The notes below the pieces were generated by a model, which saw only the letters and a list, made by a program, of their open reading frames with translations, searched no databases and had not been told where the DNA came from. Below, one piece after another: positions 49,910 to 62,535 of a stretch of DNA of 64,000 nt. The stretch spans positions 3,162,001 through 3,226,000 of the forward strand of contig CATNEN010000012.1 in the NCBI GenBank assembly GCA_950097015.1. The letters run 5' to 3'. Each line of letters opens with the position of its first letter. Position 1 is the stretch's first letter. A program made the position numbers and the translations under genes. The stretch comes from Macrostomum hystrix. Its lineage: Eukaryota > Animalia > Platyhelminthes.

Positions 49910-50552
49910 CGTTCCTTGTGTCAGCTGAGGTGAGCTGATTGCTTTACTGATCCCGCTGGACTGAACTTTATAAAAACAGCACTAGCCAATCAGATTGCAG
50001 CTAGATGAGGGTCTCCGAGTGGCAGTAACGAACGCCAGACAGCCCCAATCTGACGGTTACAGTTTAATTAATTAGATTTTTGTCCAACAATAGATTTGAG
50101 GTTTGATTTTGGTACTGACAAAGCGTTCTGAAAGACAAACAATTGTTTATTTAGTACCGTCAGTCAGCGCATGTCAGCCTGACTGTGTCGCCAATTTATT
50201 TTGCATACTAATTGTATAAAAAAAAGGCGACTGATCGTCAAACTTAGAACTAAATATAATGGGGATTTTGCCGTATGAGCTGGCTCAATTGGCTCGGGAA
50301 GCCTCATCATCATGAGTGGCTTATATCTGGACGCACCTATTAGTGAGCACTATCACAAAGTTTCCATTTTAAGCCCTAACAACCAAGCAAAGCGTCTATG
50401 AGGATATTTCTGTTTACCCGAGCACTGAGCACACACACCCTATTGAGTCCAGCAGCTCCAATGCAGCAGAGAGCCCAGTTTGCTAGCGCTCAAAAACGAC
50501 TCTGGCGGCTACGGTACAGGGTCCTTTCCTCTCCAACCATTTCAAAGCTATG

Positions 50553-50567
50553 GTTGCCATGAGCAAC
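50553..50567. promoter_or_regulatory. Candidate RFX X-box GTTGCCATGAGCAAC about 650 bp upstream of the ENaC2 start
   Basis: Matches the X-box consensus GTNRCC-N(0-3)-RGYAAC. Function is inferred. Confidence 0.4.
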
Positions 50568-50720
50568 GCACAGTCAATAATAATTGGCGTTTAACATTGG
50601 CTGGATGGACTATTGGTTTAAGCATAGCATAAACACGTTCACACACAGATCTGGTGCCTCAAAATTAACCCAAACAAAAATCCTGATTGCTTAGTTAAAT
50701 ATATATACCGCATGGGACTC

Positions 50721-50745
<25 letters not shown>
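50721..50745. repeat. (GT)n microsatellite
   Basis: Direct reading. Confidence 0.95.
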
Positions 50746-50753
<8 letters not shown>

Positions 50754-50994
50754 GGTTTGCCCTGGACTCAAATTCGCCTTGAAATTGCTCTTTCCAGTGT
50801 GTTCCCAGCTGCATCCCACACCGTAATCGCTAGTGTCCTACATACTTATGATCTGCTCAAAAACTTTGTAATGAGACTGCTCGGACTCTAATCTAATCTA
50901 CCTAATCGCAGTATTCTACCCACCCCCTGATCCACACGCACCTATATTATACTCCATCCAATATTTCTACTCCAAATACTCTTTGAAAACTAAT

Positions 50995-51897
50995 CCTCTA
51001 TATTCTACACCATCCACTATATTCTACACCATCCTCTATATTCTACACCATCCACTATATTCTACACCATCCACTATATTCTACACCATCCACTATATTC
51101 TACACCACCCACTATATTCTACACCATCCACTATATTCTACATCATCCTCTATATTCTACACCATCCACTATATTCTACACCATCCACTATATTCTACAC
51201 CATCCACTATATTCTACACCATCCACTATATTCTACACCATCCACTATATTCTACACCATCCACTATATTCTACACCATCCACTATATTCTACACCATCC
51301 ACTATATTCTACACCATCCACTATATTCTACACCATCCACTATATTCTACACCATCCTCTATATTCTACACCATCCACTATATTCTACACCATCCACTAT
51401 ATTCTACACCATCCACTATATTCTACACCATCCACTATATTCTACACCATCCACTATATTCTACACCATCCACTATATTCTACACCAGCCACTATATTCT
51501 ACACCATCCACTATATTCTACACCATCCACTATATTCTACACCATCCACTATATTCTACACCATCCACTATATTCTGCACCATCTACTATATTCTACACC
51601 ATCCACTATATTCTACACCATCCACTATATTCTACACCATCCACTATATTCTACACCATCCACTATATTCTACACCATCCACTATATTCTACACCATCCA
51701 CTATATTCTACACCATCCACTATATTCTACACCATCCACTATATTCTACACCATCCACTATATTCTGCACCATCTACTATATTCTACACCATCCACTATA
51801 TTCTACACCATCCACTATATTCTACACCATCCACTATATTCTACACCATCCACTATATTCTACACCATCCACTATATTCTACACCATCCACTATATT
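50995..51897. repeat. 19-bp minisatellite (TATATTCTACACCATCCAC)n, about 47 copies
   Basis: 19-nt period. It explains ORF 50983..51942. Confidence 0.97.
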
Positions 51898-52297
51898 TTA
51901 ATCCATTCCCTTCTCTTCTTATCCGCTCCGCTAATGCACTGAAGTGGCTGCTGTAAGTAGAACAGAAGAAGTAGAACTGTATTTAAATAAGTAAATGTGC
52001 ATATGCAACTCCACTTAATGTGGGATCCAAGAATGAGGTTCAGATGGACCATTTGTCTAATAATCCCCACATTATTACAAGCAAGGGATGAATGACAGGG
52101 AATTTAGGGGCTGATCCCAGCGCGAATTAAGTCAGTTCTGCGTGAACGCATCGAATTACAAGCATGCAAAACAGGCTGAATAAAAACCTGGGCGCCTGCA
52201 TTGAGCGTTGCACCATTTGAGTTTGCTGAAAGCTGAAAGCACACTTAATCTTTCCTGATGCCTGCAAGCACGATTGCGTAAGACCGATGACTCACCG

Positions 52298-52298
<1 letters not shown>

Positions 52299-52358
<60 letters not shown>
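52299..52358. repeat. (CA)n microsatellite, about 30 units
   Basis: Direct reading. Confidence 0.97.
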
Positions 52359-52361
<3 letters not shown>

Positions 52362-52550
52362 CAACGCTGGTTTCCGGTTTGTGTTTGATACACCCTCGCT
52401 CAATAGATTTAGTGCTGAGAATAATGTAATTAAGCATTTTTCCGAATCGTGCATCGAAATGACCTGAAATTACGAGCAAAACTATCTCTTTTAGCTCGAC
52501 CGTAGAGTTGAAAGGCTGATAGTAGATGATTAACAAAATGCCTCCTCCCG

Positions 52551-52728
52551 AACTGCAGGAGGGCTGCTGGCAATGCCACATCATTTCGCTGACTCCTGAG
52601 CACACAGATACCGTACGCAGGCACACACTCACACAGGTGGGCACATCTGCCCTGACTTTATCATCGTCAGGCAGTGTACACTTTCACTGTGCCTGGGGGT
52701 GGGCCCTTAAGAGCGTAAATTGCACGAC
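52551..52728 (-). mobile_element. SINE family 2, 5'-truncated copy with a 46-nt internal deletion
   Basis: Its reverse complement aligns to the 3' half of the 38256 and 56487 copies. Confidence 0.75.
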
Positions 52729-53387
52729 AAGCACGGCTGATGGCAGCAATAAAATATAGGCTATTTTATTTCCCCCGCTGACTGAAGCATATATGTTCTT
52801 TCATTTATTTCTGCCGCTAAGGTGAAACACAGAGGAAGAAAGCAATGAAAGATGAAAGCAATGTATTTTCCGTTTTTAGAGGCTTTGTGGTTATATTAAA
52901 CACGCAAATACGAGCTAGAATGGCATTTATTTACATTTGCAGCTGCACTTTTATTTCCCATGTGTACAAGGAGCTTGGTTTAGCCAGACAGCAGCTAGTT
53001 AAAGTCAGAATCCACTTCTGGATGGCAGAATTTATCCCAGATGGGATTAGAAAACGAGCTTTAGTGGGATTATTTGGCGAAACAGGGCGAAAAAGTTTCA
53101 TCTTGCGGCAGGGTTATGCAAATTTCCCTGCATTCTAATTCCATTAGAATGAGAATAATCATGAGAATAATGATGCGGCATAACAGAGAATGATCTGTGC
53201 AGAAAAATACTTGCAATGTTAACTCCAATTGTAAATCATGTCATGGCACATAATTTATACAGTTAAACAGGTTGAAAAGGTAGTATGAACAGTAGTATGA
53301 ACAGTAATTCAAACATGCATAGAAAGCTAAATCGAATAGGCTCCACAGAAGAATTAAATTTTCAAATCAAAACTCGCTGTAATTGAA

Positions 53388-53556
53388 GAATTTCTTAGCC
53401 AATCAGCGTCAATTTAGAACAGAATAATTTCTTAGCCAATCAGCGTCAATCTAGAACAGAATAATTTCTTAGCCAATCAGCGTTAATCTAGAACAGAATA
53501 ATTTCTTAGCCAATCAGCGTTAATCTAGAACAGAATAATTTCTTAGCCAATCAGCG
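53388..53556. repeat. 37-bp tandem repeat, about 5 copies, each containing AGCCAATCAG, abutting the TRIM stop codon
   Basis: GCCAATCAGC at 53398, 53435, 53472, 53509 and 53546. Confidence 0.92.
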
Positions 53557-56500
53557 TCACTCGCTGTCCTCCTCTGACAGCTCGTGCGGCACCTCGAGGC
53601 CTGCGCAGAGTGTCACCTGCGCGCTCCGGCTTAGACTGACGGCCGGGTAAAGGATACCTGACAGGTTGGTGAAAGCAACTGGGCCGTGCGGCGAGCCGTT
53701 CAGGTAATAACTAAGCGTACCGCGATCGCAATCGAGTCTGACACCGACCGTGGCGCCACGCCCAATGCCGCCGTCTGTGCGCTCGAAGTGTTCGCCGCTG
53801 TGCAGGAACCAGCTGCGCTTGAAGTCTATGTACATGCACCAGGCCTTGTGGTCGCGACCTAGACTGAGGGGACGCAGAAGTGGGGCAGTTAGTTGGGCAG
53901 GAGTATGGGAGATCCTATGAGATCCTATCGAGGTTTGATAAGTTGACAGGTTCGACGCGTAGTGCCACAGTTGGCTGTCAGACTGGGTCGATAAGGCATG
54001 GAATGGGGTGGCTGTCAGAACGGCCGGAGCAGGTGAGGGAGTGGGGTGGCTGTCAGAACGGCCGGAGCAGGTGAGGGAGTGGGGTGGCTGTCAGAACGGC
54101 CGGAGCAGGTGAGGGAGTGGGGTGGCTGTCAGAACGGCCGGAGCAGGTGAGGGAGTGGGGTGGCTGTCAGAACGGTCGGGGCAGGTGAGAGAGTGGGGTG
54201 GCTGTCAGAGTGGTCGGGGCAGGTGATAGAGTGGGGTGGCTGTCAGAGTGGTCGTGGCAGGTGAGGGAGTGGGGTGGCTGTCAGAGTGGTCGGGGCAGAG
54301 AAGTGCGCTGATAAAGCAGCCAGCCAGCTCTACGCACCGAGTTTCTCGTCTTTGCGGCAGTCGATGCGGGCCACTCCGAACGCGGGGTCGCCCTTGTCGT
54401 CGTAGCGATCTATGGTAAACTCCCAGTAGTGCAGGCCTCGAGACAGGCCCGCCGAGCAGAGTGCGACCCGGTCGTCCAGCACTGAGGCGGTGGCTGTCCG
54501 GCCGCGGTTAGTGAACACCAGATCCCGGTGCGAGGAGTCCAGGCAGAACTGGAAGCTAGCCCGTGCGGCCGTCCGAAGCCTGACGAAGTCGCTGTAGGGG
54601 GAGTCGCCAGCCTGGCTGTGGGCGCGAACCCGGGCCTGGTAGACGGCGTCGAACCGCAGCGACTGCACGCAGCAGGCCGTCTCTTGGCCGCGGTAGCAGC
54701 GCTGTGGAGAGGACGACCAGGGATGGGATATTCAGGTTCAGGTAGCAAACTTTGTGATGTGATTCCTAACTCCCCAAATTCCTGTTTAACTTCCCAACTC
54801 TCCAAATCCTTAATTCCCAAATCCTCAAATCCTCAATTCTGAACCCCCAAATCCTCGATTCCTAACTCCCCAAATCCTCATTCCTCAACTCATCAAATTC
54901 TCAAATCCCGACCCCAACTCTTCTATATCCAATCTCCTCACCTTAAACCCGCCGCCTCTTCCGTCGTCGATCTCAAGGCTGAATGCATCTGGACAGGGCC
55001 CGGACCGACCAGCCGTCCACGCAATGGTCAGGGTGTTGTTCTCTGAGCGGCAGTCGGCCTTGACTATCACCGGCTGAGACGGGACTGGAGTGCAAAGTTT
55101 TGCAATGAATTAGCTATAAGGCTATACAGCTGATAAACATTGCGCATTTCCCAATTCTTCAAATAAACGAAGAATTGTATTAGAAATAAAGCTTCTCTAT
55201 TTAATAAACTAGCTAGATTTAAACAAATGAATAGGATCTAAGCAAGCAAACTAAATATTTATTCGTGTAACTACCGTTAGTACAGTCAGTGAAGCTGAAA
55301 ATAATAATAGTGCAACGAAATAGACAAATAATCGTGGAAGCGAGTTGCGCGGCAGAAGATCATAAACAGGAATAAGCTATGCTCTAACTTGTGGCACACG
55401 TCATATACTTCGGGTACTAGGCAAGCAAACCATCTCTTACTAAGCAGACTCTTTTAATGAAAACAAGTCCTAATATGTACAATGGGAGTATGCGGGGTGA
55501 GGTGGCTATTTGATTGTACATGTCTTGTGGCGGGGTGGGGTGGGGCATGGAGTGAGGTTGTTGTATTTATCGAGCGCATTTTTATAGCTGGGGGGCTGGA
55601 GTAATAGGCAGGAAGTGAGATAGCTATCTGATTGTACATGTCTTGTGGCGTGGTGGGGTGGGGCATGGAGTGAGGTTGTTGTATTTAGAGAGCGCACTTT
55701 TTCTAGCTGGGGGGCTGGAGTATTAGGCAGGAAGTGAGATAGCTAACTGATTGTACATGTCTTGTGGCGGGATGGGGTGGGGCATGGAGTGAGGTTGTTA
55801 TTTTTAGCGCGCTTTTTCGGGCGTTAAGGCTGGAGTCCTGGACAAGGAGTGAGGTGCCTATTTACATGTGTTGGTGTTTGTGTAGGTTTAATATAGTTTT
55901 CGAAAGTTTTTTTAGGTTGGGTCATAGAGTGAGGTTGCAAATTTTGCACACATTATATATTGATTATTGATCGATTTTCCAAGAAGCGAGAGTTAATTTA
56001 GTTTTTTTGTTTATTTTTTTCAGCATTAAATAAAATCAGGAGTTGATATGCCACTAAAAATGTGCACAGCAAAAATTTTTGATTTTCAATGAAAGGACAC
56101 CTTTCTGATCGCAGGCGATGGACTGTTGAAAGCTGCTCCGTGGCTCGAGGCAGTCTCCCTCTGCGAGGCAGGCAAGTTTGCGAAAGTTCTGCTTCGCCCA
56201 TTTTCAGCTGCAGTCCAATTTCTATATATTAAATGAATAGAGAGACAGAAATTCTACCCGCTGCCTACCTTTGTGCTCAGCGAATGCCAGACTATTAATG
56301 GCCACGAGCACCGGCTCCGGATCCAGGCGGATCTCGAACTGCTCGCTGACCCTCGGCCCGACCTCGACCTGGCGCTGCAGGCTGCGCTGCATAGCCTGAG
56401 CCCGGTCCTGCATGGCTGCCGACACCTGGACAACGCGGGTGCTCCAACATGTGCTCCTCATTTCAACAAATAAGCATTTTTAAAAAGGGGTGGGTGGCAG

Positions 56501-57586
56501 AGCGGTCCAACGCGTTTGCCTCTCGCGCCAAGGTCCCTGAGCTCGATTCCGCGGCGAGGCCACATTGATTTAGGGTGCAGCCGCGGAGAGAAGGCTTGGG
56601 ACCTTGGGACCGTGCAACTTGGGACCGTGCAACTTACACCCTTGAGGGCCCACCCCAAGGCACAGTGAAGAACACTGCCTGACGATGAGAAAGTCAGGGC
56701 AGATGTACACACCTGTGTGCGTGTGTGCTCAGGAGTCAGCGAAATTTGCAGAATTGCCTCCTCGCTGGCTGCGGGTCTAGGGTCACCCAATGATGTGCCA
56801 TTGCCCGCAGCCCTCCTGCAATTATTTTTAATACTATTAAGCAGTATAATAAATGACAAAAAAATTAGCCTACCGTGATGAAGGCGGCTGGGTCCGTCTC
56901 CTTGAGCAGCTCAAGACAGAGCTGCAGGAGGCCGGTGGCTCGCGCCAGCCCGGAGGCGCACACCGCAGCCTGGTCGCGGGTGAGCCGAAGCTTGTGCTCC
57001 TGCTCAGAGGCGAGCTGGCTGAGCATCACCTGCTTCTTAGCCTGCAGGGCAGCCACCAGAGAGTCGAATTGTTCGGACACGCCGGCCGCCATGGCCTCTC
57101 GGTTGGACTGGAACCAGTGTCAAGGTCAATTCAAGGTCATTTCACATTTCACAGTGGAAAGACCCCACGCTATTTTTCCTCCTGGCAAAGACACGGCAGT
57201 TATTTCAAATACCCAATGCCTACTTCACGATAGCCAGCCAAACCATGACTCTCGCCCTAAACTATTTGTATCAAAATTTGTGGGCAATTTAAATACCCAC
57301 CATGTGGGTATTTAAAATAGCAATGTGATCCTTCTACTGCTAATATAGCGGTATCATATGTTCACAAGAGCTTTGTGGGCAATTGGCACAGCATTTGGTG
57401 ACACTAGACCCGCAGCCAGCGAGGAAGCAGTTCTACTCATTCCCGTGACTCCTGAGGACACTCGCTCACATTACATCATTCCCCTCTCACCTTAATTCGC
57501 TCCGAGCTCGACTTGAGTCGTTGCAGAAACTCCGAGCCCATCTTTGCCTGCTCAGACAGGCTCTGCAGTGCCTGGGACAGCTCGGT
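53557..57586 (-). CDS. TRIM9: TRIM9/TRIM67-like protein, 3' part (coiled coil, COS, FN3, SPRY); join(57586..57491,57107..56874,56425..56269,55084..54942,54701..54338,53858..53557); RING/B-box exons not found in the window
   Basis: TELSQALQSLSEQAK, FSLEIDDGRGGGFK, HYWEFTIDRYD, LGRDHKAWCMYID and YPAVSLSR match TRIM9-family motifs. Junction phases 0,0,1,0,1 are all consistent. Confidence 0.88.
54003..54298. repeat. 38-bp minisatellite (GGGAGTGGGGTGGCTGTCAGAACGGCCGGAGCAGGTGA)n in the last TRIM intron
   Basis: 38-nt period. Confidence 0.92.
54770..54930. repeat. Low-complexity CCCAAATCCTC-type repeat in a TRIM intron
   Basis: Degenerate short-period repeat. Confidence 0.7.
55490..55860. repeat. 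About 118-bp tandem repeat, 3 copies, in a TRIM intron
   Basis: GATTGTACATG at 55512, 55630 and 55749. Confidence 0.88.
56487..56825 (+). mobile_element. tRNA-derived SINE, family 2, full-length copy (in a TRIM intron)
   Basis: A box TGGCAGAGCGG, B-box-like AGCTCGATTCC, AT-rich tail; four further copies or fragments in the window. Confidence 0.82.
57152..57339. mobile_element. Internally deleted 188-bp copy of the MITE family
   Basis: Ends CAGTGGAAAGACCCCACGCTATT... and ...AATAGC...TTCTACTG align to both termini of 30013..30583; contains TATTTCAAATACCCA. Confidence 0.68.
57375..57465 (-). mobile_element. SINE family 2, 3' fragment
   Basis: Contains the reverse complement of the invariant core TCCTCGCTGGCTGCGGGTCTAG at 57404-57425. 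Confidence 0.7.
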
Positions 57587-57674
57587 CTGAAGGATTCAAA
57601 AGGTGAGCTAGAGTTGCCGCTGTAATTCTTTCATATTGTAAATCCATCTCTTAACCTTCACATGGCGAAAATTC

Positions 57675-58146
57675 ATGAATCATGAATCATGACCCATCAT
57701 TGGAATCAGGCAGGCAGAATCATGACCCGTCATTGGAATCAGGCAGGCAGAATCATGACCCGTCATTGGAATCAGGCAGGCAGAATCATGACCCGTCATT
57801 GGAATCAGGCAGGCAGAATCATGACCCGTCATTGGAATCAGGCAGGCAGAATCATGACCCGTCATTGGAATCAGGCAGGCAGAATCATGACCCGTCATTG
57901 GAATCAGGCAGGCAGAATCATGACCCATCATTGGAATCAGGCAGGCAGAATCATGACCCATCATTGGAATCAGGCAGGCAGAATCATGACCCGTCATTGG
58001 AATCAGGCAGGCAGAATCATGACCCGTCATTGGAATCAGGCAGGCAGAATCATGACCCGTCATTGGAATCAGGCAGGCAGAATCATGACCCGTCATTGGA
58101 ATCAGGCAGGCAGAATCATGACCCGTCATTGGAATCAGGCAGGCAG
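57675..58146. repeat. 33-bp minisatellite (AATCATGACCCGTCATTGGAATCAGGCAGGCAG)n
   Basis: 33-nt period. It explains the three repetitive ORFs at 57680-58254. Confidence 0.96.
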
Positions 58147-59269
58147 TCGAGTGCAAAAAAGCAGGACTTTATGACCCTAACCTTAGGTTCAGTTTCACTC
58201 GTAACAGCCCAGGTGCATATTACCCTAAGCCTGGTGATTGAGTGCCACTACTAATACCAATCGCTGATCCGAATTCGTCTAAAAAAATACCTAAGCCCCC
58301 CTCCCAGGAGACCCGGCAGGCAGGTGAAATGTCTGCGCCGCGAGCTGTCCCAAAGGAGAAAAAGAGAGAGGAGCAAAAACAGCGCAGATAGTTGGTGGGG
58401 GAGGAAGGGAAGATAAGGAGAGAGGGCAGGTGCCTTTCCTCAGCGCAAGAGTTTCGTTGCGGCGTCGAGCTTCGGGTTCGGCGGGTCGGGGAGAGCGGAG
58501 GAGGGGTGGCGGTAGGTGATGGAGGCAAGGAGCCGCTGACATTTTATCAGAGGCACCATCGCTCGACGACCGAGACAGACTGGCGCCTGGGCGCAGCTAT
58601 CGCCCTCCCTTGGGTGGGGGGATTTCAGCGCAACAACCATAGCTGGGAGAGAATGAAAGTGAAGACAGACTATAGAATCGGAAAGTGAAAGTTTAGAGAC
58701 AGCGAAGTGGCGAGAGTTCGCGTTTGCCTCTCTGGGTAGGTTGTTGGCACCTTCAGGCGGGCAGTGTTGCTTTTTCATCTTCTCGTGGCCCGAATGCTGC
58801 GCCCAAGAGGATATAATTGGGACTTTGTTCGGGGCTACAGCAGCGGCCACTGCCAAAAAGCGAAAGAAAGAGAAAAGGAACACCAGTACTTCCCGGCCTT
58901 GATGAAGACTTGGAGATGGCCATTCCATCCGCTAACTGTTCGCTTCCATTCTTATTTTCCTGGCGAGGCAGTTTTACAGCTTTCAAAATTCAAACTGCAT
59001 CCAGTATAGTCAGGTTTTTGGGCAAGTTATCGCGAAATTTATTAGCATTTTACCAGGTTACTGCTTAACCTGGTAGAGAGCGCGTTAAGCAGTGTCTGCG
59101 AACCCATTTTCACTTTAGTTCTGCCAGCTAAACCTAGTGTTGAAAGCTGAAAATCGAAGCTAATATTTGACAGCAAAAAAGAAGGCCTTGCGAAAGGCTG
59201 CACATCTGACTAAAGACAGGATGATAGTAGTAGGATAATCCTACCGATGCATGTTTGGGAACCTTGCAG

Positions 59270-59738
59270 AAGAAGAGAGATGGGGAACATAGATGAGGGT
59301 AGAAGGAGAGAGATGGGGAACATAGATGAGGGTAGAAGGAGAGAGATGGGGAACATAGATAAGGGTAGAAGGAGAGAGATGGGGAACTTAGATGAGGGTA
59401 GAAGGAGAGAGATGGGGAACATAGATGAGGGTAGAAGGAGAGAGATGGGGAACATAGATAAGGGTAGAACGAGAGAGATGGGGAACATAGATGAGGGTAG
59501 AAGGAGAGAGATGGGGAACATAGATGAGGGTAGAACGAGAGAGATGGGGAACATAGATGAGGGTAGAAGGAGAGAGATGGGGAACATAGATGAGGGTAGA
59601 AGGAGAGAGATGGGGAACATAGATGAGGGTAGAAGGAGAGAGATGGGGAACATAGATAAGGGTAGAACGAGAGAGATGGGGAACATAGATGAGGGTAGAA
59701 GGAGAGAGATGGGGAACATAGATGAGGGTAGAAGGAGA
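59270..59738. repeat. 33-bp purine-rich minisatellite (GAGAGATGGGGAACATAGATGAGGGTAGAAGGA)n
   Basis: 33-nt period. Confidence 0.96.
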
Positions 59739-60099
59739 AGGGGCAAGAGATATAGAATTAGGAAGAATAAAAATGGAATAAGTAATATATAAAAGGTCCT
59801 ACAAGACTAGGGCGAAGCAGACATATGAAATTATATAAATTTTCTAAAGACGCTTGTGTGACAAATTTAACTAATCCCAATGCTCAGACAGTTAAGCAGA
59901 GGGCACCCCAGAGGGAAATAAAATTTATCTATCTACAATAATTCATATTTTTCAGCCCTCATCGGCCATCTGTCGCTAATCTAGCAGTCTATCGAAATGC
60001 ATACAAATATCCTAATATGTGTGGCAGTACAGTACTTTTGCTGGGGAGAATTGGAGAGGGATATGTGTTATAATTAAATAAGGACAGAGGAAAGTATGA

Positions 60100-60252
60100 A
60101 CAAGACACTTGATACCCGAGTGCTTCAGCTCACCCGGTTGTAAAATGTCTACTAGCATCATCTTCCCCAGTCCGTGGACTGAACAGTTTCGCGCAGCCTT
60201 CAGCAATAGCTGAGGTCTTGTCAGATGCCAGTGGCTGTACATCAGGCCCAGC
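60100..60252 (+). mobile_element. SINE family 1, diverged 5'-truncated copy
   Basis: CAAGACACTT...TGCTTCAG..., CCCCAGTCCGTGGACTGAACAG and AATAGCTG align to 21190-21330. Confidence 0.62.
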
Positions 60253-60579
60253 TTGTCTAGAATACATTTCTGTCAGAATCTTTCTCAAGACAGCAAATAC
60301 TCGTACATATGGAAGAGAAGCTTCAGTCATTTGACTGATACCTTCATTAATATTTAGTTCGTCATTTCTAAGCAACTTTATGCCTAAACTCGTTGGCTGC
60401 ATCTAGCCAGAAACCGGAAATCGGAGATCCAATATTTTCGTTGTCCAAAAAATTCTGCCACGTTTCATTCCTGACGATAATCTTTGACAGCTTTCTAATC
60501 AAACTCCGATTATTTTGCTACAAATTTGCGACAGAAAAAAATATGTTTTCTGATGCAAACAGTCAGACAATATCCCTAT

Positions 60580-62535
60580 CTATCCTCTGACAAGAATCCC
60601 TATATATATTCCCTTACAAGAATCCTTATTTATCCTCTGACAAGAATCTACCATATTTTCTGACAAGAATCCAATCTATCTTTTGACAAGAATCCCCATC
60701 TATCCTCTGACAAGAATCCCTATCTATCTTCTGACAAGAATCCCTATCTATCTTCTGATAAGAATCCCTGTCTACCATCTGACAAGAATCCCTATCTATC
60801 TTCTGATAAGAATCCCTATCTATCATCTGACAAGAATCCCTATCTATCATCTGATAAGAATCTCTATCTATCTTCTGCCAAGAATCCCTATCTATCTTCT
60901 GACAAGAATCCCTATCTATCATCTGATAAGAATCTCTATCTATCTTCTGCCAAGAATCCCTATCTATCTTCTGACAAGAATCTCTATCTATCTTCTGACA
61001 AGAATCCCTATCCATCTTCTGACAATAATCCCATCTATGTTCTGACAAGAATCCCTATCTATCTTCTGACAAGAATCCCTATCTACCATCTGACAAGAAT
61101 TCCTATCTATCTTCTGACAAGAATCCCTATTTATCTTCTGACAAGAATCCCTATCTATCTTCTGACAAGAATCTATATCTATCTTCTGACAAGAATCCCT
61201 ATCTATCATCTGACAAGAATGCCTATCTATCATCTGATAAGAATCTCTATCTATCTTCTGACAAGAATCTCTATCTATCTTCTGACAAGAATCCCTATCT
61301 ATCTTCTGACAAGAATCCCTATCTATCTTCTGACAAGAATCTCTATCTATCTTCTGACAAGAATCCCTATCTATCTTCTGACAAGAATCCCTATCTATCT
61401 TCTGATAAGAATCCCTATCTATCTTCTGACAAGAATCCCTATCTATCTTCTGACAAGAATCCCTATCTATCTTCTGACAAGAATCTCTATCTATCTTCTG
61501 ACAAGAATCCCTATCTATCTTCTGACAAGAATCCCTATCTATCTTCTGATAAGAATCCCTATCTATCTTCTGACAAGAATCCCTATCTATCTTCTGACAA
61601 GAATCCCTATCTACCATCTGACAAGAATTCCTATCTATCTTCTGACAAGAATCCCTATCTATCTTCTGACAAGAATCCCTATTTATCTTCTGACAAGAAT
61701 CCCTATCTATCCTCTGACAAGAATCCCTATCTATCCTCTGACAAGAATCCTTATCTATCCTCTGACAAGAATCTACCCTATTTTCTGACAAGAATCCAAT
61801 CTATCTTTTGACAAGAATCCCTATCTATCATCTGACAAGAATCCCTATCTATCATCTGATAAGAATCTCTATCTATCTTCTGACAAGAATCCCTATCTAT
61901 CTTCTGACAAGAATCCCTATCTATCTTCTGACAAGAATCCCTATCTATCTTCTGACAAGAATCCCTATCTATCTTCTGACAAGAATCCCTATCTTTCTTC
62001 TGACAAGAATCCCTATCTATCATCTGATAAGAATCCCTATCTATCTTCTGACAAGAATCCCTATCTATCTTCTGACAAGAATCCCTATCTATCTTCTGAT
62101 AAGAATCCCTATCTATCTTCTGATAAGAATCCCTATCTATCTTCTGATAAGAATCCCTATCTATCTTCTGACAAGAATCCCTATCTATCTTCTGACAAGA
62201 ATCCCTATCTATCTTCTGACAAGAATCCCTATCTATCTTCTGACAAGAATCCCTATCTATCTTCTGATAAGAATCCCTATCTATCTTCTGATAAGAATCC
62301 CTATCTATCTTCTGACAAGAATCCCTATCTATCTTCTGACAAGAATCCCTATCTATCTTCTGACAAGAATCCCTATCTATCTTCTGACAAGAATCCCTAT
62401 CTATCTTCTGATAAGAATCCCTATCTATCTTCTGATAAGAATCCCTATCTATCTTCTGACAAGAATCCCTATCTATCTTCTGACAAGAATCCCTATCTAT
62501 CTTCTGACAAGAATCCCTATCTATCTTCTGACAAG
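60580..62535. repeat. 24-bp minisatellite (CTGACAAGAATCCCTATCTATCTT)n, about 80 copies
   Basis: 24-nt period. It explains the RIPIYLLT and KIDRDSCQ ORFs. Confidence 0.97.

Noticed and set aside
56675-56702. Minimal hammerhead ribozyme (CTGACGA...GAAA) in SINE family 2
   Set aside because: There is no stem II, and GAAA is TAAA in the other two copies; this is a simple hairpin.
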